Made by a program: the position numbers and the translations under genes. Under the pieces are notes generated by a model that ran no database searches, was not told the origin of the DNA, and saw only the letters and a program-made list of their open reading frames with translations. A DNA stretch of 64,000 nt from Anthoceros angustus (Eukaryota > Plantae > Anthocerotophyta), in NCBI GenBank assembly GCA_010909165.1, contig MU008168.1:1-64000 (forward strand), read 5' to 3'. Within the stretch, counting starts at the first letter, position 1. Each line of letters begins with the position of its first letter. Positions 1 through 12,299 of the stretch are shown here, piece after piece.

Positions 1-82
1 ATAATATAATAATGGCCATCTCATTAAACCCCATGAGATTGGCTCCAAGTGAACTCGACCACATAATAGAAGAACTAGTATC

Positions 83-325
83 ATAGACCTTCTGCATTGT
101 TTCTAATTAATAGAACAGCTCTTGGACTCCAACCCACAATCGGTACCATAGACCTTCTGCATTGTTTCTAATCAATAAAAATGCTCTTGGACTCAAACCC
201 TAAAAAAGCTCTTGGACTCGAACCCTAAAAAAGCTCTTGAACTCGAACCCTAAAAAAGCTCTTGGACTCGAATTCTAAAAAAGCTCTTGGACTCAAACCC
301 TAAAAAAACTCTTGGACTCGAATCC
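83..325. repeat. Minisatellite: ~5.7 copies of a 25-bp unit (GCTCTTGGACTCGAACCCTAAAAAA), preceded by a ~65-bp duplicated segment
   Basis: Unit starts at 183, 208, 233, 258, 283, 308. CATAGACCTTCTGCATTGTTTCTAAT occurs at ~83 and ~147. Confidence 0.85.
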
Positions 326-539
326 GCAACTAGCCTGCGCATTGGCCAATAACAATGACAACAACTTTATTTATGTCCACTAAGGATAGAAGGACCATCA
401 TGGGACAGAGATAGTATAGCGTAAAAGAAGGGGAAATACTGCGTACACATATGTACGTCTGAATTAGAGAGACAGAGACTGTAAAAGATGAGAGAAAAAA
501 GGAAGGAAAGCTATAAGAGGCAAAAATCTATAAACAATC

Positions 540-1443
540 TAAATGGGACTGCCGAAAATCAAGAAACTTAGAGCGAGAGAGGCTAGTGAGAAACGAGAAG
601 AATCTGCGCAAGGTAAAACAAGCACACTCAAAAAGAAAAATGTCAGTTTTAATAGGAGCATAGATGCGCGAGGAGGAAGGGACATCTGGGATTCAAGGTC
701 AAGGAGCAAAGCTTGCAAAAACGAGGAGCTTGAGGAGGCGTGGATTAAGCCACCGGTTGGTCTCGATATAGAGGTGGTGGGAACTAACACGGAATTGACC
801 AATGAGTGTGCGCAACAAACTCAGAAAGGAGGATAGGTAAGGGGGTCGAACGCTTACTAGCAATATGAGCATGGAGAAAAGAGGCTTGTATCCTTTCCAC
901 CTTCGCCTAAGATGAAGAGGGAAAACTTGGGCCCCAAACTTCAACGCCATACAGAGTGGAGCGAATGAACAGTGTGTTGAAAAGCTTCTTAAGGAGGTTG
1001 ATATCCTGAATATTCATCCTTTGTAAAGCCTGACGCAGAGCAACAGCAGAACCCATCCCCTTGGTGGCACGGGAAGAGGCAGAAAAAGTCCAATTGAACT
1101 TAGGACCAAAAATCGTAACACCCAGGCACATATAGGATCGGATCATCTCCACCTCTCGACCATCATAATAGAATTTGCAATCACCCTTGTAATCCTTAGA
1201 GTTGAACCGCATGATCTTGGTCTTGTGCATTGACAAGAATAATCTTAGCTTGCAAAATTAGAAAGAAAGCACATCGAAGTTGTCAAGGCCTTCGGGGAAT
1301 GCGAAAAAAGCACAATATCATCTGCATATAAAAGGATAGGAATATTCTCGAGAGAACAAAGGGCTGTGATCACTGTAATACGTAAGACCTTCAAGCTCAC
1401 AATGTACAACCCAAAAAGATTTGGGGTCACAAAGGATCATCCT
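540..1443 (-). mobile_element. LINE (APE-type, RTEX/L2-like) ORF2 3' part: RT C-terminus and terminal Cys/His region, degenerate
   Basis: Minus-strand motifs PNLFGLY, LLYADDIVLFS, KTKIMRF, YMCLGV, LYGVEVWG, FRVSSHHLYIETNRW. Frameshifts and stops present. Confidence 0.85.
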
Positions 1444-2701
1444 CACTACTAGGGAGAGGGGTGTTTTACAAAACCCCTTTTGTAAATGTCTCAATCTTTA
1501 CAATGTCTAAAAACCTCTGTTGTAAATTAGTTTAAGTTTTGCTGATGTGGCAAGTTTTAGGACTACAATGCACCACCTTGTAAAGATCGCGCGAAATTTA
1601 TAAGGCATCGGCAATTTATATTACAATATATATTGCCTTCATTTATCCTAATTTTAAGATATTATATATGCATTATTTTATGTAAATTTGGTCCCTAATC
1701 AGGGGCCAAATTTAGTTAAAATTATATGTATATATATACTGCCTAAAAATTAGGATTTAAATGCAATGGATATATGTAATTATATTAATATATTCATAAA
1801 TTTATGATTTTAACTAGATCATTTATACTTTACTTAGTTCATCCAATAATTATTTTTATCAATATTATCATATATTAAATAAATATTCCTGTATTACATG
1901 AGATACGTGTATAATTTGATCCTCGTATATTATATCATATAGTATACCTTATGTCAGTACCCGTAGGTATGAAAAAGAGATGTGTACTATTTTTGTAAAA
2001 TATGTATACATTTTAATGTATAAACAATGTTGTAAATCATTGAGACGTGAATTTTTCAAGTTGTAATCTACCTTGTAGATTGTGTTGTAAAGCTAGCGAT
2101 TAGCGATTTTTTTATATTGTAAATGAGGTTGTAAATGAGGTTATAAACGACCTTGTAAACGAAGTTATAACGGTCATTGTAAACGACATTGTAACGGACG
2201 TTGTAAACGACAGTGTAAAGGATGTTGCAAACCATGTTGTAAACAACGTTGTAAACCACGTTGTAATTAAAGTTGTACTCTATGTTGTAAAGTAAGGGTG
2301 TATGAAGGTTGTAAATGAGGTTGTAACGTATATTGTAAAATACGTTGTAAATAGACCCACTTTTACAACCTAGTTAAGCTGTCAGACTACAATCTCCTAT
2401 TAACAACCTACTTTACAACCTAAATTACAAGGCAACCACGTTGTAAATGGCGTTGTCATTTCGGTTGTAAACGAGCCCAACGTTGTAAATCTTACAATCG
2501 TGTTGTAAACTGGCTACCCGGACACCTTTTGCTCGTTGGTCGGATGTGGCCGCCACGTCCAAGAACTTGATGACGTGGCAATCTTCCTGCCACGCCAGAA
2601 TTTTACAACCTAGTTGTCGCCGCCTACAAACACGAATGTCCATTTTTACAACGTAATAAATATTGTAAAATGCGTGTAAAACACTTGGGATTCTTATAGT
2701 G
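1444..2701. mobile_element. Non-autonomous CACTA (En/Spm) element, 1258 bp, complete, with 3-bp TSD
   Basis: Starts CACTA at 1444 and ends TAGTG at 2701. CCT on both flanks (1441-1443, 2702-2704). Both ends read CACTA-N12-GTGTTTTACA inward. Dense subterminal TTGTAA/TTACAA motifs; AT-rich non-coding core. Confidence 0.92.
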
Positions 2702-3379
2702 CCTCACAAATGCCAAGCTAGATGGGAATCTTGTGAATAGACAAACCAGGGGGAGTTTGGATGCGAGCATAAACCCAAATCAGAAGTGAGAGTAGAACTG
2801 TAGTCATGATGGAGGGCATCAGATTTCACCGCCAAACACCTTGTCCCAAGACACAGAGTTGAAAGCTTGCTTAAAGTCCACAAAGCAGCAGTGTACATGC
2901 TTCTTCCTGCAACGAGCCTCATTAATAATAGCATGAAGGGTAAAAATATAATGCAAAGTATTCCGACAAAGGCGGAAACTAGTTTGACCGCGGGCATGCA
3001 CCTTAGCCACCTCAGCCCAAGAAGTAGTGAGAATCTCCAAGCAAAAGCTGAAAATCTTAGCTTAGATAGACTCCACAGTGATAAATCTGTAGTTCGAAGG
3101 GAGGTGAGGTTCGTCAGCTTTAAAAATGGAGTGGATATCATTCTCACACCAGGGAGTGGGAAAACCATGAGACAGGGCATCATTAAATAGAGTGGCAAGG
3201 TGAGAAGAAAGAGAGATAGGATCAGCAAAATGGAATGAATCCCTCGAAATACCTGCAGAGTTCGATGCGGTACCACTTCTCAATTTTCGGATGGCACGAG
3301 CTACGAGATTGCATGAAAAACCGAGACAGTGATCGAGGAAAGGGGGTGGAGGGCAAAGGGATGGTAAAGGCACAGTCAA
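2702..3379 (-). mobile_element. LINE ORF2 RT N-terminal part (same LINE as 540-1443)
   Basis: AIRKLRSGTASNSAGI, PSNYRFITV, IFTLHAIINEA..CCFVDFKQAFNSV. Removing the CACTA insert restores a degenerate RT QG-x-PLSP region joined to PNLFGLY. Confidence 0.85.
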
Positions 3380-6300
3380 TTACCGGACTTCCCCGGGGTT
3401 AGGAAATTAGGTAGGGTTTTGTTTTTTTGAGGAGTAAGGATAAAATGAGGCTAAAAAGGGGAAATAAGCATAGCACCTGACGCACTGAGTATACTCCCGG
3501 ACCGAGTGAGGAACGCACGACCTACCATGGCAGGCGCTGCAACGGATAAGTCCGGACCCACCTGTGACCGTGAGAGCACGCCAGGAAAGTAACTTAGAGG
3601 AGCCGTGGACGACCAGGCGACGCCACGTGACCCCCGAGTGGAGGACGGCATGCAATGTCAGACCGTGAACCTGCTGCAGGCCGCAGTTATAGTATTCACG
3701 CCACGGACCGCGCACGCGTATACCGAGCACGCCGCAGAGGCCGCAGGAAGCCATGCACTGCGCCACGGACAGGAAGAGGCGCCCCGCCCAAATGGCATTC
3801 TCAAGGAGTCATTTCCACACCGAGACACCGCGCTCGGGCCCGCAACCGCTCGGTATCTGGACACCGACGCCGGCCACTCACCGCTGAGGAGCAACGAACG
3901 CCAAGAAGGCGAACGCACGGCCTCCGGCTGCGGCCAAGAACCAAGGGAGGAGAAGGCGATGGCACCCAAAAGCCCGCGAAGTTTGGGAGCCATGGAACCT
4001 TGTGGAGCGCAACATTGTGACCCGCGCTATCCGGACTTTGGGCCCGCCTGAAGCGGAGAATTGGTGCAGGAGTGGCATTTGGATGTGTTCTATGGTCCGA
4101 CATTTGATGTTGTCACCGTCCGGAGTTCGCCCGAAGATGCCGGGCGGCGTCAATAAGGAGGTGCGGTCCAAGAACCTCCGGAGGACCCAAGGCGATGGAC
4201 CTTGAGGTCCCGAGGGCGGCCTACAACCGCCCAAAGGAGGAAGAGGGGTGGGTGCCGAGCCCCTCAAGGCTAAGGGGAAGATAGGCCGCCAAGAAATGCC
4301 GAGGCTCGACGCAACGACCACCAACGGTATCGACATCCACCGCTGGACAATGAGTAAGGGCGATCATTGTCCATCGGAATCTACCACCAAGGTGGATCAC
4401 CTTGGTGATAACTGCTGGTATTCCCCGCCCGCTGGGGAAGAGGGCGACGGGAAGGATTATCCTCGGCTTAGCGTGAGGCTCGCAAGCTCAGACCGAGAAG
4501 CCTCGCCATCTGGCCGCCCCATACCCGATCCATGTATGGGGGCATTTCGAGCTCCTCAAGGAAGGAGAGCTTGAGCGAGCGCCCGGAAAGGACCGAGGCC
4601 CCGCCAAGTGGAGCGGGCGAAGGGAGGAGGCCGATCGTCGAAAGCCAAACGGACCCGGAGGAGGACGATCGAGGATTCCGACTCCATACGCCCTGAACGG
4701 ACCCCTCACCACCTGTGGAAGTATGGAAGAAATTCCCGCCTCCTCCGTGCCCCAACCAGAGCCAGCAGAAGCTGACCCCAGACCGCCACTGCCATCACTC
4801 CTACCGAGGAGCCCCACGACTGTGAGGGAGCCAAGAGACGCAAGACCACGGCCACTACAACCCCCCTGGCGGTGCCAAGATTCTCCCCCGCCCACCTGAG
4901 TGGCAAGAAGGAGGAGGAAGTAAAGAGGACGGGGGAGCGGAGGACACCGGCAGCACACCCCGAGCCCCTGCCGCCGACGGGGCAAAAGGCTTGCTGGACT
5001 CCCTCACCTCCTCCGAGCCCCTGGAGGAAAAGGGCTGAGAAGGAGCTCGCGCCAAAAGGGCCAAGGAGGGGAAGCCCGAGCAAGACTGTGTGACCTAAGG
5101 GTCCCGATTAGGTCCGGAGAACCCAACCGACTTACTCTGACAATGCAGTATGGAGGTCCTCATGACTCAGATGCCGGCCCCGCCACGGACTTTGTGGGAG
5201 CCTCATCAGGCCGTGGAAGAAACACGGCGGTCCTGCTACCGCCATGGACTGGAGCCTGGGGTCTGGGATGGCCGAGAAGACCTGTGGAGGTAGAAGCCAC
5301 CCGAGGCGCATGGTACTCCTCCAGTGAGCAGCTTGAGGGCCCAGAGGCGAGAAGGAAGGCCAAGCCTCGGCCGGATTGAGGAGGGAAACGGGAGGCCGAG
5401 AGGGAGGTCCGTCCATCCGCAAGGATCGACCAAATTCCTTCACCGAGGAACAAGGCACTAAGGAGGCCCAAGCTGGGCGGAGGACCTCCGCAGTGCAGAG
5501 GGGCGAGCGCAGCAGAAGCGAGGACGCCCGGCGCGGATCCGCGAGGCACTGATCGACCAGAGCTGTCGAGAGGCTCGTGAAGGTGGCCAAGGAGGCGAGG
5601 CCACGGCGGCCGATCGCGATCACCATCGCGTGATCGGAACCGGGAGGGAGGCGGCCGAGAGAGCCACGCCAATCAAGGCCGAGTGGGTCATGAGCAAGCG
5701 GACAAGCCGCAGAAACATCGGAGGCCAAGACCGGAAATCGGGACCCTGTGGCACTGCAAGAGGTAGAAGGGAGGCGCAGGAGTTGGAGGACAAGAAGGAC
5801 ACCTTGGAGTTACAACCCAAGATGCGCTTGAGCAAGGAATTCTCAATGGGAGAATCCAGACTTCGAGCAGAGATAGAGCGCCCAGCCTCTCAAGATGGAG
5901 CAGAGGAGCAAGCGACCAACCAGCCCAAGAAGTCGCCACAAGGAGGTAGAGGATCCTGCACTCACCGGAGGTGGAGAAAGTGAGATGGAGGACAAGGAGA
6001 CTTTGAGCCGCAGCCCAAACTATCATTGAGAGGAATGGTAGTCTAGGACATGGTCGCGAACGCGACCGTGAGATAGAGCTCCGCTGGCGACGGAGCCGAA
6101 GGCGATGGAACAGGAGCAGGACGCCGCCGAGATGGAAAAGGGCTCGGTGAAGCCCGCACCGCCGCAGCTCACCGCCTGAGCGAGATGGCGAGTTACCGTA
6201 ATGGACAAGAGGGCGAGGCACGGAAGCGCAAGAAGCCGATCCACCGAGGGAAGCAATGGCGGGCAAGTCGAATGAACGGAAACGGAGGGAGTTGGAGCAA

Positions 6301-6750
6301 GGGAGCAACAGCCGACGCGAGAGGTGACCGAGGCAGCCTGGCCGAGAAGCAGCCCACTATCCAACTCAAGGGAGGTGGAGCAACAAGCGGGCAACAGCCC
6401 CAGCATCAATGGCGGCGGGAGACGGTGCCCGCACACGCGGGAAGAGGCAATCCAGAAGTGGATTCGGACTTTGCCTATTACCACACCGAGCTCCCACAGA
6501 GGCCGCCGCCTCCGCCACTGAGAGGCCCGGAAGGCCTCTGAGGGGAAGAAGGGCACGATGACAGGACCCTAGGGGCCCTGCTTGGAGACGACGGCACAAG
6601 GAGGTGGAGCCCGTGAGGAGCGGACGCAGGGACCCAAGGTAAGTTCACCACCACCGATCCGGCCAGGGGGGTGAGGCCCAGGTGCAACCGGGGAGCCAAC
6701 CCGACCAAGACAAGGGTTTGGGTAAGGAGGAGGACCTAGCAAGACGAGGT
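3380..6750 (-). mobile_element. Degenerate GC-rich DIRS/Ngaro-like (tyrosine-recombinase) retrotransposon remnant: gag-like, RT, RNase H, truncated YR N-terminus
   Basis: Minus strand, in order: YMD (~4535), VIHLG..DS..TMIAL RT thumb-like (~4400-4350), VRGVNTITAACSRF RNase H end (~3710-3665), then STRGS..AW and PHSVREYTQCVR resembling a YR SAM-like N-domain (~3650-3470). Heavily frameshifted. Confidence 0.5.
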
Positions 6751-6889
6751 CCATGTGAAGGGGTCCGAGTTTGAGATCGGACCAGAATGATAATTAACCG
6801 AGGTCCGAACCCCGAGACGAGGCCGGACCCCAAATCCGGACGGAAATAAACCTGACCTTGGAGTTCAGTTCGAGTCGAGACCGACCTCG

Positions 6890-8724
6890 AGGTCCGACTG
6901 GAAGAAGGAGGAGTCCCTCTCGACTTCAGGGGAGCACAGAGGGCCCCACCGAGGGGACCACCAGGAGGATGACGTGGTAACGGGCGGCCGACCGCCAGCC
7001 CAACCCGGTGATTCCGGGAGAAGGAGGGGTCCCCGCCGCGGATCATCCGATTGGGTGCCGCAATTGTCGTGGCGGGAGATTGGACCACCAATCCCAAGGA
7101 ACCTGGACCTTCCCACCCCGGGCGAAGGAGATAGGAGGAGGGAAATAGGATGGTGGCCGACAGGGCATACCGAGCTGGCCGTCACCGTAATAGGGGTGTA
7201 AAGACGCCCGACCCAGGGCGTAGTATAAGAGGGCCGGCCGCCAATAAATCATCTTCTTGGTGTTGATGCCGCTGCTCTGCACCTTGTGTGTCTTCTTGCT
7301 AACGTGAGTCCCGAGTCACCGAGCACCCTGGGAGATTGATCAGTGGTCCCGTGACGGACCTAACGTTGCGGTGTGCAGTGGAAGGGTGAGCGGTATCGCC
7401 CGGAGTTGTACCCGACACAACGGATCGAACGTGGAGCCGGAGGAACTCCCGGGAGGCGCAGAGTCTTGGACGGAGGCCCGGAACGACGAGGAGGTCCGGA
7501 CCCGAAGAAGGAGGAGTCCCTCGACTTACGCTAGGGGAGGAGACAATGGCCCCACCGGAGGGGACCCACGGAAGGCTGTGGGAGGATGACGTTGGTGGCC
7601 CGCCGCCGCCGAGCCAACCCTGTGATTCCGGGAAAGGAGGGCCCCGCCGCGGATCATCCGATTGGGTGCGCGCCGCAATTGTCGACGGGAGATTGACCAC
7701 CAATCCCAAGGCGGAACTGACCTTCCCACCGGCGAAGGAGATAGGAGGGAAATAGGATGGTAGGCGTCGACAGGGCATACCGAAATGGCCACCGTAATAG
7801 GTAATAAAGACGCCGACCGGCGGCGTAGTATAAGAGGGTCACTCAATAAATCATCTTCTTGGTGTTGATGCCGCTGCTCTGCACCTTGTGTGTCTTCTTG
7901 CTAACGTGAGTCTCGAGTCACCGAGCACCCTGGGAGATTGATCAGTGGTCCCGTGACGGACCTAACGTTGCGGTGTGCAGTGGAAGGGTGAGCGGTATCG
8001 CCCGGAGTTGTACCCGACACAACGGATCGAACGTGGAGCCGGAGGAACTCCCGGGAGGGGCGCAGAGTCTTGGACGGAGGCCCGGAACGACGAGGAGGTC
8101 CGGACCCGAAGAAGGAGGAGTCCCTCGACTTACGCTAGGGAGGAGACAATGGCCCCACCGGAGGGGACCCACGGAAGGCTGTGGGAGGATGACGTTGGTG
8201 GCCCGCCGCCGCCGAGCCAACCCTGTGATTCCGGGAAAGGAGGGCCCCGCCGCGGATCATCCGATTGGGTGCGCGCCGCAATTGTCGACGGGAGATTGAC
8301 CACCAATCCCAAGGCGGAACTGACCTTCCCACCGGCGAAGGAGATAGGAGGGAAATAGGATGGTAGGCGTCGACAGGGCATACCGAAATGGCCACCGTAA
8401 TAGGTAATAAAGACGCCGACCGGCGGCGTAGTATAAGAGGGTCACTCAATAAATCATCTTCTTGGTGTTGATGCCGCTGCTCTGCACCTTGTGTGTCTTC
8501 TTGCTAACGTGAGTCTCGAGTCACGAAAGGTGCAAGCACCTCCGGGAGATTGATCAGTGGTCCCGTGACGGACCTAACGTGGTTGTGGTGTGTGCGTGGG
8601 TGACCGTGACCCGTGCTCGCCCGAGCTGCCGACCAAGACCGAATCTGGACCGAACGCGAGCCGGAGGAACTCCGGAGGGCGGCAGAGCCCGGACGAGAGG
8701 CCCGGGAACGATTTGAGGAGGTCC
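6890..8724 (+). repeat. Tandem array of ~603-bp LTR-like units (three LTR-like blocks with short spacers; TRIM-like)
   Basis: AATAAATCATCTTCTTGGTG at ~7243, 7846, 8449 (period 603). Each unit has TATAAGAG then AATAAA, ends ...GAGTCA, and is preceded by a purine-rich tract. Outer partial copies are more diverged. Confidence 0.75.
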
Positions 8725-9009
8725 TCAGGTAACCCAAGGCCTTTCCCTAAGACGATGAGTGAAGCGAGTGAGGAGAGGAAAAGTGTGAGTGACGAATGCG
8801 AACGAACGGACGCCAACGGGTCTCCAAACGTTTGGCCATACCGGCCTCAGACGGTGAGCGCTATAGTAGTTAGCGATGTGTGCTGGCGAACGCAGCGAGG
8901 TAAGAATCACCGAAACGCAAACGAGCCTATCATTCCCTTGGGAACTGACTCTTCCCCACAACGACCTGGCCGCCATCAACAAAGTCGCGCGCCATCGTAG
9001 AAGATGTTC

Positions 9010-10670
9010 TGTGATTAGATTTGAGTCTAATCCTAGGATGGGAGAGCGAGTATGGAATTCCTTCCAAAAGATTGCCCACCGTGAGACGTCCGAGGGGGAG
9101 GTAAGACTGATGTTGGATTGGAGGAATTGAGACTTTTCATCGAAAAGGAAAGTTTGATAAGGTCTGATGTTGGCTTTGTAGAGGGGAATGATGGGGTGGA
9201 AGGAAGCATAGGTGTGAATTGAGAGCGATGCGCTTGATCAGAGCATCCAATCAAAGATGCCGAGGGCCCCGATTTTTTGCGGCAAGGGTGGTAAATTTGA
9301 AAGGAAAAGTATATGAGCGAAAGGTAAGAGAGAAAAGTGTAGGAGGAAGAAAGCCCGAGAAAGAAAGAGAGGAGGTCAAGGATGGAAGCTAGGCGGAATG
9401 GAGTATCGTGGAGAATTGAGGAGCAAGTTCAAGGAGAAGGTAAATTTGGTTGAGAGACCATATGTGGAATGAAGGGAGGAGGAGGGGCGGAAAAGGCAGG
9501 AAATAGTCAACAACATGATCGACTCCACTGCACGGAGTCGATGGTCCTCAAGCTGGAAATAGGCGAAAGAAGCTCGACATGTCCAATAATATAGTCTGAC
9601 CTGCTAGAAGAGAGACCGTCCTTGCTGAAAAATGAGCCATAGGGGTTGACTGGATAGATGTTGGATGAGGTCCTGTTGAGGTCAAGGTCAATAGGATCGA
9701 GCGGAGAAATCCTGTCAAAATCCGAAGCATCAAATATGGTGGCCTGTTGACAAGCTGTCCAAGCATTAAAGTCTCCCACGAGAAGGATGTCTGCAATAGG
9801 GGAAAACTCTGAAATAGACTCATAGAGATCAGCATATGGGTTGCCAGTCTGGGCATAAATGGAGGAATTGGGAGGTAAGACGGATGTGTTTGGATTGGAG
9901 GAATTGAGACTTTTTCATCGAAAGGAAAGTTTGATAAGGTTTGACAGTGGCTTTGTAGAGGGGGGAATGATGGGATACAGGGGGAAGGTGAAGCCGGCGC
10001 AAGGTAAGGCGTAATTGAGAGCGCATGCGCTTACTGTGAGCATCCAATCAAAGATGCCGAGGGCCTGATTTTTGCGGCAAGGGTGGTAAAATTTGAAAGG
10101 AAAAGTATATGAGCGAGCAGAAGAGAGAAAAGCAGAGGAGGAAGCAACAGCCCGAGAAAGAAAGAGGAGGTCAAGGGGGATGGAAGCTAGGCAGGAATGG
10201 AGTATCAGGGAGAATTGAGGAGCAAGTTCAAGGGAGAAGGTAAATTTGGTTGAGAGACCATATGTGGAATGAAGGGGAGGAGGAGGGGGCGGAAAAGGTA
10301 CGGAAATAGTCAACAACATGATCAGACTCCATACAGACGGAGTCGATGGTCCTCAAGCTGGAAATAGGCGAAAGAAGCTCGACATGTCCAATAATATAGT
10401 CTGACCTGCTAGAAGAGAGACCGTCCTTGCTGAAAAATGAGCCATAGGGGTTGACTGGATAGATGTTGGATGAGGTCCTGTTGAGGTCAAGGTCAATAGG
10501 ATCGAGCGGAGAAATCAAACTGCTATCAAATATGGCCTGCTGTCATTCAAGCATTAAAGTCTCCTACGAGAAGGATGTCTCGTAATAGGGGAAAACTCTG
10601 AAATAGACTCATAGAGATCGAGGTTCGGCTACCGGGCATAAATGGAGGAATTGGGAGGTAATGTGCAATT
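9010..10670 (-). mobile_element. LINE ORF2 endonuclease (APE) and linker, present as a ~780-bp tandem duplication
   Basis: GDFNAWT, SRSDYII, ESDH and FWKEF motifs. 9098-9878 is repeated at 9871-10660 with a GGGAGGTAA junction. Confidence 0.8.
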
Positions 10671-10672
10671 TC

Positions 10673-11650
10673 TGTGGACGAACTTTCATGGACTAGCACA
10701 TGCACACATTATGTCCTTTATCGTGTAGTATATAGTTCCATCCCAATGGAACGTATCGTGCCGCATCGCTTGCCTATTAGTTCTAATTACTTTCGGGCAT
10801 TTCTAACCAGCCCGTGCCAATATTAACGAGCGTACCCCAACCACCGAACTCCGAACTCTGGCGTCGGGTATTTAGCGGATCCCAACTCCCTAAGGTCTAC
10901 TCGCGATGCTATCTCGACCGGCGTATGAGCGCTTGAGTCCGTTACCAGGCATGGCAAGTGGCCGAGGTCCACGAATGAACTCGTGCGGCTAAGCGTGCTA
11001 GGTACCAGAAGAAAAACTTAGCAGACCCGCCTAACCGAACAGAAGAAATACCTGGCACACCAATGCCTAATCCTGACGCCGAAGGGGCGCCAAACCTAAT
11101 TATTCTCGACCCTTGCCTTTGGCAAGAGTCCTCGACAACACTGCACTGGATCTCTCCTGTGTCTCGATCGACAACTGAGGTCACCACAGTGTCCTCCTCC
11201 GCCTCTGTGACAGCAGCACCGGGTTCTGGTAATTCTCCCCCTGTCTTTTGGCGGGCCCCCCATCCTCCGATCCTGGCGGAGGGAGGTGTGGATGTACTTT
11301 CGCGAACGAACCAGCCGGGCGCACACTATATCTCTTATCGTGTAGTATATGGCTTGATCCCAAGGGAATGTATCGTGCTGCATCGTTCGCCTATTAGTTT
11401 TAACTACTTTCGGGTATTTCTAACCAGCCCGTACCGATATTGATGGGCGTACCCCAACCACCTGGACCGCCCGACATTGCAGGCAGGACCCCAACCCCCA
11501 AGGTCCACTCATGTTACCGCTCAGCCTGGGCGAGCCGAGTCCATCACCTGCATGGCGCTGATCGAGATTCGCCATCGCCCCACGCTGGCTAAGCGCGCCT
11601 TACACCAGAAGAAATACCCGGGGGACAACCCGACCTGCCTAACGAATCGA
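10673..11650 (+). repeat. Diverged direct-repeat pair ~610 bp apart (possible degenerate LTR pair or TRIM)
   Basis: TTATCGTGTAGTATAT...CCTATTAGTT...TTTCTAACCAGCCCGT...GCGTACCCCAACCAC at ~10718-10844 and ~11335-11461. Both copies begin TGTGGA; the second is preceded by purine-rich GGCGGAGGGAGG. Confidence 0.65.
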
Positions 11651-12299
11651 ACCACTTTACGAGTCACCCTACGCAGCGTCAACTGTCTAAGGTTAAGCCT
11701 CGGATCCATCGGTACCATCTCCCTAACTCTCTACTGCGCACCCTCCTTCCCCTCATTCCTACCGTATTCCATATCAAGTTCTACCGGCGAGGCCCGATAA
11801 TGCAGACGTTTAGGGACTCGTCCACGTCCTCCAATTGCCGCCTCTAGTGCCACCTTTCCTGTGTCCTTCACTCTTTACTCGTTCTCCCGTCTCTGCAGTC
11901 CATCTAATGTTTATCTTTATGCTCCGGTGGGGTGTGGTGCTATAGTACCTCCGTGTCTGCGTTTGCACAATCAGGCCAGTTTGTGCTCTTCACACCCTCC
12001 GCTTACCGTCTTATCGCCGGCAATTGCTCCGGTCCACTTATCCTCTTCTCCTCGAGAGCGAGGAGCAAGGAGCAAGGGTTGAGGCTCCTCAACACCTGCA
12101 ACCATCACCACACGTTAAGGCTCATCACCAGAGCCAAGATAATCCTCTCCGGGGTAGTCCTCCCGCTAGGTGACTCGGGCAACGCATTCACACTCCGCTC
12201 AGCAGAGCTCTGTGCAACAATACGGAATCAACCCCAAAAGGAAAATCACACTCTGACGACTCCCCCTTGTGCCTTTTGTGCCAGGAGTCCGCATCAATT

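Noticed and set aside
183-325. 25-bp repeats as a CRISPR array or telomere
   Set aside because: Units are contiguous with no unique spacers, the context is eukaryotic, and there is only one CCCTAAA-like motif per unit.
2068-2259. 63-aa ORF with VVYN repeats
   Set aside because: It is the translation of the CACTA subterminal TTGTAA motif array.
3605-9000. Numerous overlapping 60-200-aa ORFs on both strands
   Set aside because: Expected in GC-rich degenerate retroelement DNA; no coherent host-gene signature.
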